Source: Candidatus Omnitrophota bacterium (GTDB lineage: Bacteria; Omnitrophota; Omnitrophia; Omnitrophales; JACROU01). From it: a stretch of 63,203 nt of DNA. Of the stretch, positions 32,183-41,504 are shown piece after piece. Position numbers and translations under genes: made by a program. Location of the stretch: assembly GCA_016214265.1 (NCBI GenBank), contig JACROU010000023.1:1-63203 (forward strand). Reading direction: 5' to 3'. The first letter of the stretch is position 1; each line of letters opens with the position of its first letter. Below the pieces are notes generated by a model, which was given only the letters and a program-made list of their open reading frames with translations, had not been told where the DNA came from and did not search any database.

Positions 32183-33289
32183 ATGAATGACGATGTTGTG
32201 TTTCGAGAACTTCTTGAGGCGATTCCTGACACGATTATTATCGTCAATCAGGCCGGAAAAATTGTTGTGGTTAATGGTCATACAGAGAAGATGTTTGGTT
32301 ATAAAAAAGATGAACTTATTGGGCAGTCCATTGAAATAATTATTCCTGAGCGTTTCAGAACGAGGCATGTCGACGATAGGATGCGCTACCAGTCAAATCC
32401 TTACAGAAGACCCATGGCTAGTGGTCGTGATCTTCACGCACTCCGGAAAGACGGGACGGAATTTCCCGCGGATATCAGTCTCAGTCCTATTAAACTAAAT
32501 GACGAGCTTTTTGTTATCAGCTCTGTCCGTGACATTACAGATTTCAAGAGAGCACAGCAGGAGATCGTGGAAAGTGCTGTTGACGCCGAGCGCGCAAAGG
32601 CTGAGAGCGAACAATTAGAGTTATTTGCCTATGTCGTATCGCACGACTTGCAGGAACCATTTCAAAATATTTTGGCCCTCAACGAACTTCTTGAATTGCA
32701 CTGCGGAAAACAAATTGATGAGAAGGGACGTAACTATTTAGAAAGAATTAATAATGCAACGCTAAGAATTAGTCGTCTGATTTCAGATTTGCTTCGTTTT
32801 TCACGAGTGACACGCCGACAGGTTGATTTTGAGATTGTGGATTTGAACGAGGTCTTAAACAGCGTCCTTAAGGATCTTGAATCGCTAATCTCAAAATCAA
32901 ACGCTGATATTGCTATAAGCAGGCTTCCCGAAGTTTTCTCCTCAAAGATTTATATGCACGAACTGTTTTTAAACTTGGTCAGTAACGCCATCAAGTTTCA
33001 TAAAAGCACTGAGCCGCCTCGAGTGACGGTTACCGGTGAGCGGTTAGAGAATAAAGCAGTTCAGATTAAAATTCAGGACAACGGTATAGGTTTTGATCAG
33101 GATGAAATCGAGAATATTTTTAAGCCTTTTGTGCGATTGAAGACGGGCAAAGAATTCGAAGGTAGCGGCATCGGGCTTACGATATGCCAAAGAATTGTAC
33201 TGGAAAACAGCGGTAAGATCTCAGTCGAGAGCGCTCCGGATAAAGGTACATTATTTACCGTGGTGCTGCCTTCAGAACCCTGGCTTTAG
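32183..33289 (+). CDS. cytoplasmic PAS-domain sensor histidine kinase (orphan)
   Basis: PAS fold (IIIVNQAGKIVVVNGHTEKMFGY), H-box FAYVVSHDLQEP, N-box NAIKF and G-box GSGIGL. No TM segment and no adjacent response regulator. Confidence 0.85.
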   Translation: MNDDVVFRELLEAIPDTIIIVNQAGKIVVVNGHTEKMFGYKKDELIGQSIEIIIPERFRTRHVDDRMRYQSNPYRRPMASGRDLHALRKDGTEFPADISLSPIKLNDELFVISSVRDITDFKRAQQEIVESAVDAERAKAESEQLELFAYVVSHDLQEPFQNILALNELLELHCGKQIDEKGRNYLERINNATLRISRLISDLLRFSRVTRRQVDFEIVDLNEVLNSVLKDLESLISKSNADIAISRLPEVFSSKIYMHELFLNLVSNAIKFHKSTEPPRVTVTGERLENKAVQIKIQDNGIGFDQDEIENIFKPFVRLKTGKEFEGSGIGLTICQRIVLENSGKISVESAPDKGTLFTVVLPSEPWL

Positions 33290-33293
33290 TCTG

Positions 33294-34490
33294 TTAAACG
33301 ACAACAATTTTTGCGGGGGAGAATCCGTTGAAATTTGCTACGGCGCTGGCGGCGGAGTAAGCGCCAATATTTTTTGTGTAGACGACATCATTGACATACA
33401 GTTCCGGAATTTCCACATCCAGTGAAAGCGTATCAAACGAGTCGCAGGTAGGTCCGGCCAAAGCGCTTAAAAATGTTTGCCCGCGGCGTAACGTTTTAAA
33501 TTCATACTTGCAGTGATCAAAAACCATCCCTGAAAAATCGCCATAAATTCCATCATTCAAATAGTAATAATTTTTATTATTGCGAAAAGTTCTTCCGATA
33601 ACCTGTGTCACAAGGATTCCGGCGGGCCCCACTAAAAATCGGCCGGGTTCAGCAATGAACTGAACTTTTTTATCGAAAAGAAGGCGGATTTGCTTGCGAA
33701 TCTGACTGGCCATACGCTCAAAATTAACCCCGATTTCGTTGTCAAAATGTTGAATCGGGAAGCCGCCGCCAATATCTAAAACTTTAAGCGGCATATCATG
33801 TTCTTTAGCTTTTTCGAATATTTTTGCGGAAATTTCAAGAGCCTGCAGATAGTTTTCGACATTCTTGGATTGACTGCCAACGTGAAAGCTGAGCCCCATA
33901 GGAACCAGCCCGAGTGACTGAGCTTTACGTAAAATTAAATAGGCATTTTCGGGATCAGCGCCGAATTTGAGGGAAAGATTGACGACACTGCCTTCGTTTT
34001 CCACTTTAATTCGAAGCAGAACATGCGCGCCTGGATAATGTTCCGAAATTTTATATAGTTCCGGTTCGTTATCGAAAGTCATCAGACGCACTCGGCGTCG
34101 TCTGGCAGTGATAATGTCTTCGACAGATTTAATGGTGTTGGCGAAAATAATCCGGTTAGGCGATGCTCCAAGGGACAGAACGTGTTTCATTTCCCACGCA
34201 CTGGCGACGTCGAAATTTGCCCCCAGTTTGATGAACGTTTTAATGATTTTTGGGTGCGGATTGGCCTTGATGGCGTAATAAGGTGTGACTTCAGGCAAGC
34301 ATTTCCGGAAACGCTGGAATTGCTTCTCGAGCACGCTTTGCCGAATCAGCATAAACGGAGTGCGATGTTTTTTTATCATCGCACGAATTAAGTTTTCGAC
34401 TCCGCTTGTGTCAGACTTAGATTTTGACTGCTTCGCGCTTGTCAGCACTTTGGGTGACGGTATGGGCACGTTTTCTCTCCGCGTGATCAA
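33294..34490 (-). CDS. alanine-racemase-fold PLP-dependent decarboxylase (ornithine/lysine decarboxylase-like)
   Basis: YAIKANPH (PLP Lys), DIGGGFP and GPTCDSFD motifs. The start is uncertain: ATG 34490 overlaps hss by 74 nt, and an alternative ATG at 34379 leaves a very short N-terminus. Confidence 0.8.
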   Translation of the reverse strand: MITRRENVPIPSPKVLTSAKQSKSKSDTSGVENLIRAMIKKHRTPFMLIRQSVLEKQFQRFRKCLPEVTPYYAIKANPHPKIIKTFIKLGANFDVASAWEMKHVLSLGASPNRIIFANTIKSVEDIITARRRRVRLMTFDNEPELYKISEHYPGAHVLLRIKVENEGSVVNLSLKFGADPENAYLILRKAQSLGLVPMGLSFHVGSQSKNVENYLQALEISAKIFEKAKEHDMPLKVLDIGGGFPIQHFDNEIGVNFERMASQIRKQIRLLFDKKVQFIAEPGRFLVGPAGILVTQVIGRTFRNNKNYYYLNDGIYGDFSGMVFDHCKYEFKTLRRGQTFLSALAGPTCDSFDTLSLDVEIPELYVNDVVYTKNIGAYSAASAVANFNGFSPAKIVVV

Positions 34491-35931
34491 CTAAAAATGT
34501 GGTGAACTGCCAGGTATCCGCCTCGACCGGGCGGGGAATATCGTATTTGGTAAACTGGGTGTTCAGATTTTTTAGAGGGGTCCAGTCAACTGGCTCCGAA
34601 ATTACCGGGCTGATGTACGGGATGCTGATTTTCAATATTTCTTCGTGGTCGATGTCGTCCGGAAGGCAAACGCCGCTTTTTGGATTTTTGATCATCCATG
34701 TAGCCGCTGCCACAACAGAGATAGCGACCTGAAGTGTGGTGGCCTGCTGATGAGGAACGTGTTTTCGGGCATCGTGAATGCTCAATAGACTACCGCACCA
34801 CCATGATTTGAAATCGTGTCCCATCAAAAGAACTCCGAGTTGATCCTCTCCATCAATAATTTCATCGTTCATGATGCGCTGTTTCTCCTGCAGCTTAAAC
34901 TGGCGCATTTCCAGTTCATGAAGCGAATTGATAGCGACATCAGCAGGGCAGTAGGCGTAATGAACCGTGGGGCGATAGACGGCATTTTCGTTTTCCCAAA
35001 CCGTGAGACGGTCAGAAATGCTGAAAGCTTCACCGTGGCGAAAGACCATCCCTATGATTTCACCGCAGGGGACCCACGAGCGCACCCATGTTTTCATGCC
35101 GATGGTGGATAGACAAATTTGATTTTTGGGCCCGGTTTTGTGAAAGAAAGCATTCTCCGGAATGTAGCGTTCATGAGTGCCCCAGCCCAATTCAGCCGGT
35201 GCCACGCCTTCCTCAAAAAATCCTTCGATGCTCCATGTATTGACGAATTCGTTAACTTGTTTAGGTTTGTCTGTGATTTGAGTATCCCGCTCGCTGATAT
35301 GAATCACTTTGACGCCTTCCAGCTGTGCGAGTTTGGAAAAACTTTTATCCGCAAGGGCTTTTTCCAGTTGGGGAAGTCGCTTGGGATCGCCCGTCTTTTC
35401 ATTAAGTATTTTTTTGGCGATATCAATAAGCGCCATTTTAGTGAAGTGCGATACAAGCCCAGGATTGGCGCCGTGATCAACAACTGCCGTTGTTCCTTTG
35501 TTATCGCCCCATTGTTCGATTCTTTTCCGGATTTCCATGTGACGGGTGTAGAGTGTGTATTTTGTCGGATCGTTTCGCTGAGTATCTTTGTAGGGATTCC
35601 ATTCTTCAACAGAGGTATTCACATACAAGATTTGATTATCCCGGCACCATTGAAGGATAGCGGTACATTCAATATTCCAGGCAAGGTCGATGATCATATC
35701 TCCGGAGCCGACATGCTTGGGTAACAACTGCTTGAAGTTATCTTCAGTGACCCGCTCAAAAACATAATTAACGCCTCGATCGATAACCTCTTTTACACGG
35801 GAGCGGTTATCAACAAAATCCATAATAGTGATATTCTTTGCGGGCATTTCGATCAGCTTTAGAACGAGCGGCATAGCACATTGCGATACAGCCCCGCAGC
35901 CAATGACAAGTAGTTTTCCACCAAACTTCAT
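34417..35931 (-). CDS. hss: homospermidine synthase
   Basis: Long stretches match bacterial Hss as I recall it from Blastochloris viridis: DHGANPGLVSHF, ISERDTQ, FVNTWSIEGF, PAELGWGTHER, VYRPTVHYAY and DWTPL...WQF. Confidence 0.85.
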   Translation of the reverse strand: MKFGGKLLVIGCGAVSQCAMPLVLKLIEMPAKNITIMDFVDNRSRVKEVIDRGVNYVFERVTEDNFKQLLPKHVGSGDMIIDLAWNIECTAILQWCRDNQILYVNTSVEEWNPYKDTQRNDPTKYTLYTRHMEIRKRIEQWGDNKGTTAVVDHGANPGLVSHFTKMALIDIAKKILNEKTGDPKRLPQLEKALADKSFSKLAQLEGVKVIHISERDTQITDKPKQVNEFVNTWSIEGFFEEGVAPAELGWGTHERYIPENAFFHKTGPKNQICLSTIGMKTWVRSWVPCGEIIGMVFRHGEAFSISDRLTVWENENAVYRPTVHYAYCPADVAINSLHELEMRQFKLQEKQRIMNDEIIDGEDQLGVLLMGHDFKSWWCGSLLSIHDARKHVPHQQATTLQVAISVVAAATWMIKNPKSGVCLPDDIDHEEILKISIPYISPVISEPVDWTPLKNLNTQFTKYDIPRPVEADTWQFTTFLVDHAERKRAHTVTQSADKREAVKI

Positions 35932-35999
35932 TGTGTTGTCTCCATTTAAATTGTCGTGAATTGAGATTGATTATTGTAGCGAGCGTCAACTCAATCGGC

Positions 36000-36037
36000 A
36001 TTCTAACATAATTTCATTTCAGGTCAAAAATTATGTT
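36000..36037 (-). promoter_or_regulatory. candidate hss promoter (TTGACC, 16-nt spacer, TAGAAT on the minus strand) embraced by a 10-bp inverted repeat
   Basis: On the plus strand: ATTCTA at 36000-36005, GGTCAA at 36022-36027, and perfect inverted repeat arms AACATAATTT (36005-36014) and AAATTATGTT (36028-36037). Confidence 0.45.
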
Positions 36038-36182
36038 GTCTCTGCGGAATTTTCGCGGTGGTTGGAGGTAATCAAAAATGAAGATGCGGCTCAAATTATA
36101 AACATATCGCTTAAGGAGCGAGCGCACTGTGAAGCAGATTTGCCTGGCTGTAATTAAAAATGATAGGTATAATTCTGCGCAG

Positions 36183-36215
36183 AAAAAAAGCCATCGGAAA
36201 TAAATTCCAATGGCT
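36183..36215 (-). terminator. Intrinsic terminator downstream of the tRNA
   Basis: Minus-strand stem AGCCAT...ATGGCT (plus-strand 36189-36194 and 36210-36215) followed by a U7 run (plus-strand A-run 36183-36189). Confidence 0.65.
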
Positions 36216-36228
36216 AGGAATTTTAAAT

Positions 36229-36305
<77 letters not shown>

Positions 36306-36338
36306 ATGTGTAAAATTGATTGGAAGTTAAAAAACTGG

Positions 36339-36367
36339 ATTATAGACCCGGCCTATCAGCGTGTCAA
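36339..36367 (-). promoter_or_regulatory. consensus sigma70 promoter for the tRNA (TTGACA, 17-nt spacer, TATAAT)
   Basis: On the plus strand, ATTATA at 36339-36344 and TGTCAA at 36362-36367. The -10 element lies ~34 nt upstream of the tRNA 5' end. Confidence 0.7.
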
Positions 36368-36402
36368 ACTATTTACCCCCGGGAAATAACATAACTTATT
36401 GT

Positions 36403-37287
36403 ATGCCAAAAAGTTACCCTCTTGAAAATGTCGTTTGTGATTTCTGTGGCAGCGCGAAAGCGAAGTCGTTCATTCCCAGTCTACACATTGTGGAGTGCGG
36501 CGGATGCGGTTTGATTTACACGAATGAGCGTTTGCCTCAAGAGGCTCTTAAAGAAATTTATTCGAAGGATTATTTTCAAAGCCCGGCGTCAAAGGAACTT
36601 GGTTACGACGATTATGAGTTGACGCGCCCTGAGATTCGGCGCACGTTTATCAAACGTCTCAAGATGCTCGAGAAATATTTGCGCGGGGCGAAGGGGCGAG
36701 CTTTGGATGTCGGATGTGCGATGGGATTTTTTGTAGAAACTGCGCAGGAAAACGATTGGCAGCCGGAGGGAATTGATATTTCAGGCTTTTGCGTAAAGTA
36801 CGGGAAAATGCGCGGCCTTAATTTGTACGAGTCGACACTTCGGGAATTTAATGGCCGGTCTGAAAATTATGATCTCATCACGATGTGGGATTACATCGAG
36901 CATTCGCCGACGCCGATGAATGATCTCAAAAAAACGTACGCGATGCTCAAACCGGGCGGCGTGTTAGCTCTCGCAACGCCTGATATTGCCAGTTGGCCGG
37001 CGAAAATCTTCAAAGAAAATTGGATGGGGTTTAAAGAGCACGAGCATCTTTATTATTTTTCAGGAAGTGTGTTAAAGCGAATGCTCGTGTCGCAGGGGTT
37101 TGAGATTCTGCGCGAGCAATATGCAGGTAAATATGTTTCACTGGAGTTTTTTGCTCGCCGCCTTGGGCTTTATTTCCCCCAAATATCCAAATGGCTCAGA
37201 TTTCTTCTGTCTAAAAACTGGCTGCCCAATTTTTACTTCTACTGCAATCCATTTGATATCACTTTGATTGTTGCCCGTAAACGATAG
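36403..37287 (+). CDS. class I SAM-dependent methyltransferase with an N-terminal Zn-ribbon
   Basis: CDFCGS...CGGCGLIY, the SAM motif LDVGCAMGFF, and YDLITMWDYIEHSPTP...LKPGGVLALATP. ATG 36403 is preferred because GTG 36361 lies inside the tRNA promoter. Confidence 0.8.
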   Translation: MPKSYPLENVVCDFCGSAKAKSFIPSLHIVECGGCGLIYTNERLPQEALKEIYSKDYFQSPASKELGYDDYELTRPEIRRTFIKRLKMLEKYLRGAKGRALDVGCAMGFFVETAQENDWQPEGIDISGFCVKYGKMRGLNLYESTLREFNGRSENYDLITMWDYIEHSPTPMNDLKKTYAMLKPGGVLALATPDIASWPAKIFKENWMGFKEHEHLYYFSGSVLKRMLVSQGFEILREQYAGKYVSLEFFARRLGLYFPQISKWLRFLLSKNWLPNFYFYCNPFDITLIVARKR

Positions 37288-37301
37288 AGGATGTTTTTTC
37301 T

Positions 37302-37850
37302 TTAAGCATCCAGAATTGAAATGGTAACTCGAGGCGTGATAGTTTGATATTCCAGATCTTTCTCGGCGGTTGCCTTGAAAGTGATAGAGAGTTTTCCTCG
37401 CACAACTTTTCCAGAGCCCTCATCCGGTTGATTATCCGCAAGCCGTGCAGGAGTCGTAGATAAGGGAACGGCTCCACTGCCAGCCGGTACCAGATGAGCA
37501 TTGCCGCCTTCTTTCGAAAAACCGTTGACGTCAGCCGTTACGACCACACCCGGAATTTCCGATTGCAGAGTGCCCTGCAGAACGCCCTCATTTTTTGACA
37601 GATCATTCGCTTGGACCGTGTAATAAACGGTTTTCGAATCTGACTGAGAGCCCTTTTTGTTATCCGAAAATTTGAGAACGATATTGTCCATGTCGGATTC
37701 AATCATCATGACGCGGGGGATTTCAATAATGATTTGCTGATTCACATGATTGGTTTGGGCGGAAAGGTAGGGGCATGGGAAAAGCGCAAAAGCTGTGATG
37801 AGTATTCCCACTAAGAATTTCAGTATTGACTCTTGTTGAAGCTGTTTCAT
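37302..37850 (-). CDS. hypothetical secreted protein
   Basis: Signal-like N-terminus (ILKFLVGILITAFALF...AQ) and a beta-rich, Ser/Thr/Gly-rich body. No family recognised. Confidence 0.6.
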   Translation of the reverse strand: MKQLQQESILKFLVGILITAFALFPCPYLSAQTNHVNQQIIIEIPRVMMIESDMDNIVLKFSDNKKGSQSDSKTVYYTVQANDLSKNEGVLQGTLQSEIPGVVVTADVNGFSKEGGNAHLVPAGSGAVPLSTTPARLADNQPDEGSGKVVRGKLSITFKATAEKDLEYQTITPRVTISILDA

Positions 37851-37955
37851 GGCTGATCCCTTCCTTAATTACAGCTGAAGTATCGTATGATGCCTTAAAC
37901 TTTGGATTAAGAAAAGATGTAAAGATGTTAATGTGTGAAGCCTTGTGGGGAGGGC

Positions 37956-39524
37956 TTAAGCAGCGATTTTGTAAATATAAAACTTTTTCACAGTCTTCTT
38001 TTTTATTTTCGACAGGAGCTTCGTGTAGAGACTATTGTTGCCAGTATCTGATACGGCGAGGGCGGTGGGAAACAGTTTGTCCTTGAAGGAGAGTACGTAA
38101 GCCGTTTTCCATTTATCGGCGACTTTCTTCACCGAAGCGGGGTCGGCCGGGATGGAGGAATCCCACTCTTTAATCCGGATTTCGTGAAATTCACCATTGG
38201 GGTTGCGGTAGAATTTGTCGAGTGCTGGCCACGCGGGATCGATGCCATAACGATCCTTCAGTATTAAACCGCTTGCTTTCCAATCGGCAATATTGATGCC
38301 GTCATAAAAATTCCTCATGAATATATCGTGATCGAAATTGTACTGAATCGGAATCAGCGTGAGTACCGTTAAAACTCCGTATAGTATTTTTGAAGTGATC
38401 GAACCCAGTTGGTTCAGGGCAAGACCAAATACAGAAAATACAAGTACGGTCGCGGGTACCAGCACAACGGTGATGTAGCGCTCGTTATCTTCCAGGTGAA
38501 ATCCCATGCAGGTTCCTGCCAGGGCAAGACCGAACCAGACGAGAAAATAGGTAATCGCGGGATTACGCTTAAACACAATCCAGAGCGTCAGGATGGCGGC
38601 CAGAATGAAGAGCGGCCATTGAAAGGTGTGCGCCAAATCGGCCGGCGTGTGGCTGGACATTGGGTTGGACCAGAGGATCAATTTGAGATTTGAGAGGTTA
38701 AAATGCCGGGTGGCCTGTTGGGCGCGCTCATCAAGAACAGAAGCGCTTGTGTGAGCAAAAGGGATGACGGTAAAAAGCAAAACGACAAGAATCAGTGTGA
38801 GCGCCAAGTTTTGCTTTAGCCACTCCCAAATTTTAAAATTCTGATCGAGCGTGATAAAGCCCAGGGTAAAAAAGGGAAACAGCCGGCCGGTTTCTTTGAC
38901 TTTCATTCCGATCCAATAGCTTAATACCATCAAAACGAGAAAAGCGATTTTATGCTTGGTTTTTCTCGAATAAATTTGAAGGAAACAGTAAACGGCAAAT
39001 ATGGTTCCAAGCTGGGCAAGGATTTCCAGATCGGCGATCCAGGCGATGCCCCGGTACAGGGGGCTGGCCACGAGGAAAAAGATGGCTCCCAAAATCGAGA
39101 TTAAATTTCGATCGGTTGTTTGGCGGATTAACAAATACATCAGCGCAGAAACCAGGCCCATCGAGGCGGCTTTCACAATCCAGAAGGCGTTTGGCGCATA
39201 TCCGAAGATTGAATAAATTCCGCGGAACAGGAGTGGTTCAAACGCCCGGGTCGACTCGAGGCTTGCCATACCGTGAACGTAAAGAGCCGGACTGACGGGA
39301 TTGATGAAGGCAAGGATCAGGTCATGCCAGGTTTTATGGTTGGCAAAAAAAATGACGTTCAGATCGTCTCCAAAAGTGAACGGGAGATTTTGGAGGAAGA
39401 ACATCCAGAATGCAGTACCAGCGAAGAATATCAAGATGGCTATTTTTTTGATGGACATAAAGGCTTTCGGGTTAAATTCCATATCCAGGATTTTATTATT
39501 GTCGTCAAAATATGAAAAGGCCAA
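37956..39524 (-). CDS. polytopic membrane protein, GT-C-like glycosyltransferase candidate
   Basis: More than 10 predicted TM helices. An acidic motif lies in the first loop (LPFTFGDDLNVIF), and there is a soluble C-terminal ~110 aa. The start may be ATG 39458 (MSIKKIAIL...) rather than 39524. Confidence 0.55.
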   Translation of the reverse strand: MAFSYFDDNNKILDMEFNPKAFMSIKKIAILIFFAGTAFWMFFLQNLPFTFGDDLNVIFFANHKTWHDLILAFINPVSPALYVHGMASLESTRAFEPLLFRGIYSIFGYAPNAFWIVKAASMGLVSALMYLLIRQTTDRNLISILGAIFFLVASPLYRGIAWIADLEILAQLGTIFAVYCFLQIYSRKTKHKIAFLVLMVLSYWIGMKVKETGRLFPFFTLGFITLDQNFKIWEWLKQNLALTLILVVLLFTVIPFAHTSASVLDERAQQATRHFNLSNLKLILWSNPMSSHTPADLAHTFQWPLFILAAILTLWIVFKRNPAITYFLVWFGLALAGTCMGFHLEDNERYITVVLVPATVLVFSVFGLALNQLGSITSKILYGVLTVLTLIPIQYNFDHDIFMRNFYDGINIADWKASGLILKDRYGIDPAWPALDKFYRNPNGEFHEIRIKEWDSSIPADPASVKKVADKWKTAYVLSFKDKLFPTALAVSDTGNNSLYTKLLSKIKKKTVKKFYIYKIAA

Positions 39525-40348
39525 AGAGGCTTATTGCTGATATGTGGTCCGCGAAATTTTGAGAGGATTTTTTCTTTGGTGCTTCGGGGCGCTGCCTGAA
39601 TCCAGTCATTGAACCAGGCGTAATTTAAAAGTCCGAACACGAGATATTTTGCGTAAAGTTTCCAGGATAGTTCATGCGGAAACCGGGGGATTCCGCGAAG
39701 TTTGCGAAGCGCGTACAAGCAATTGCGAATTTGGAGATAATAAGTTTTTTCGTTATCTTCACGAATTAATCGATCCCGATGAATTGCGATCGCCTCGGGG
39801 ATGAATTTGAATTTCAGTCCGTAGTTTCTCATGCGGATAAAAAAGTCCGTATCTTCAAAGAAAATCGCATAAGACTCATCGAATAGAATATTGAGCTTCT
39901 CGATGGCGGATTTGCGGATTCCAAGGCAAGCAGTAACACCAGCATATTGCGCCGCCTCGGGAAACTCGGGATAAAATTCGCCTTGAGTTTCGTAACGAAT
40001 AGTGGGGGCTATCAGGCCGATTCCGGGGTTTTGATCAAATACTTTTAGAACTAATTCTGCAGTATCCGGTTCAAGCCGAACGTCAGAGTCGAGAAGAATG
40101 ATGATTTCACCGTGGCTTTCTCGAACCCCGAGATTTCGGGAATAGGCAGCACCGCGATTTGCTGGATTCCTGAGGATTCGAATTTTTCCGGATACACCTA
40201 GATCAGAAAGAATGGATGGTGTTTTGTCCGTGGATGCATCATCAATTACCAGGATTTCACCTGGAGTGTTAATTGATTGAATAGTCTGCAAAATTGTCGC
40301 TTCAGAATTGTAGACAGGAATAACGAAAGAAACGCGGGACGCTATCAT
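39440..40348 (-). CDS. family 2 glycosyltransferase
   Basis: VSFVIPVYNSEATI, VIDDASTD and LLDSDV (DxD) motifs. ATG 40348 overlaps the radical-SAM stop (ATGA). The longer track ORF from 40486 is unlikely. Confidence 0.8.
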   Translation of the reverse strand: MIASRVSFVIPVYNSEATILQTIQSINTPGEILVIDDASTDKTPSILSDLGVSGKIRILRNPANRGAAYSRNLGVRESHGEIIILLDSDVRLEPDTAELVLKVFDQNPGIGLIAPTIRYETQGEFYPEFPEAAQYAGVTACLGIRKSAIEKLNILFDESYAIFFEDTDFFIRMRNYGLKFKFIPEAIAIHRDRLIREDNEKTYYLQIRNCLYALRKLRGIPRFPHELSWKLYAKYLVFGLLNYAWFNDWIQAAPRSTKEKILSKFRGPHISNKPLWPFHILTTIIKSWIWNLTRKPLCPSKK

Positions 40349-41466
40349 TTGCCTAGTGCGTATTGAAGACTTTGTCCGAGAAAAGTGGGGACATCGTATT
40401 TGGTGCTCTGTTGAAGATAACAACCTTGCGGGCAAAAGCAGCCTTTCACTTGTTGTTTGATTGTTTGTGCCGCTTCTGAATGCCAAAGCTTTGCAAAATC
40501 CAGATTATGGTTTCTGACATTGCCCATGCTTGTCAAAAGCTCACAAACACTGACTTCACCTTCCGGATAGAGCACGCCGAAAAGATTTCCGGCAAGGCAG
40601 GGGACAATCGATTTATTCTGTTTTAAACTCTCAAGCACTGTTTCGAATCCGGTGTAGGGAAGGCGGTAGCTGGGTGAAAAAGCCCGATAGTATTTCCGTT
40701 CAAAACGGTAATGTGCTTCGAGGCGGGGCTTTAACCACTCCAAATCTTCGACCGTAAGGAATATATCATCTTCTTTCGGAGAGGATTTTTGATTGATCAC
40801 ACTGTTATTCATCGCTTGAGCCTCAAGATATTGACGTCCGCGAATGATTTCGAATCCCTGGCGTACGTTCAAATCTTCATTCACGAATTTTGCGATAGCT
40901 TCCATGTCTCTGAAATTCTTTTTGTTCAGAACAGTCAGGACGCTAATTTCAAACAAAGGGAACCGGTTTTTCCAGTCCTTTAATGCGTGAATTGTTTCAC
41001 AGGCTTTTTGAAATGATTTCGAGTTGCGGCGGATGGCGTTATGAGTCGCCTCAAGGCCATCCAGCGAGATTTGAACATCAATTTGTGTTCCGTGCGAGTT
41101 GGCGTAGGGGAGAGTCTTCTCGAGCTTATCTTTCATGACATCAAGATAAAAGCCGTTAGAGGCAATAATGATATTCGGGGTGCTGGTGATGTCGATGTAT
41201 AGCTTGACGATTTCGTCGATGTCTTTACGAAGGAAGGACTCGCCGCCCGTGAGAATAACCCCACGAAGGGGATTCTTCAGTGATTTCAGGACCTTCTCTA
41301 TTTCCTGCAAGGAAAGCTCATTCACCTTGGTGTTCAGATCTACCCAATAAAAACAATGCTCACAGGAAAGATTGCAACGGTTTGAGATGAAGTGGGTTAG
41401 GTAATACGGAGTTTCCAGACCGTCTTGAACTTTTTTGACATCATTCAGCCAGCGAATGGGTTTCAT
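40345..41466 (-). CDS. radical SAM protein with a SPASM-type C-terminal Cys cluster
   Basis: CNLSCEHCFYW (CxxxCxxC), GGESFL, and the C-terminal CLAGN...VSVCE...CFCPQGC. Confidence 0.8.
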   Translation of the reverse strand: MKPIRWLNDVKKVQDGLETPYYLTHFISNRCNLSCEHCFYWVDLNTKVNELSLQEIEKVLKSLKNPLRGVILTGGESFLRKDIDEIVKLYIDITSTPNIIIASNGFYLDVMKDKLEKTLPYANSHGTQIDVQISLDGLEATHNAIRRNSKSFQKACETIHALKDWKNRFPLFEISVLTVLNKKNFRDMEAIAKFVNEDLNVRQGFEIIRGRQYLEAQAMNNSVINQKSSPKEDDIFLTVEDLEWLKPRLEAHYRFERKYYRAFSPSYRLPYTGFETVLESLKQNKSIVPCLAGNLFGVLYPEGEVSVCELLTSMGNVRNHNLDFAKLWHSEAAQTIKQQVKGCFCPQGCYLQQSTKYDVPTFLGQSLQYALGK

Positions 41467-41504
41467 TTGTGTTGGATGTCCTCTCTTTAAAATCGAAGAA
41501 TTAT

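Noticed and set aside
36076-36099. Seven-codon ORF (MKMRLKL) with a GGAGGT RBS on the + strand upstream of the tRNA region, as a possible leader peptide
   Set aside because: It points into the antisense strand of the tRNA and its terminator, with no downstream + strand gene to regulate. It most likely occurs by chance.
40345-41466. Firm assignment of the radical SAM/SPASM enzyme as an anaerobic sulfatase-maturating enzyme
   Set aside because: Its size and Cys motifs are compatible. However, none of the nearby sulfatase-like proteins shows a canonical C/S-x-P-x-R target motif, so I keep this only as one hypothesis within a finding.
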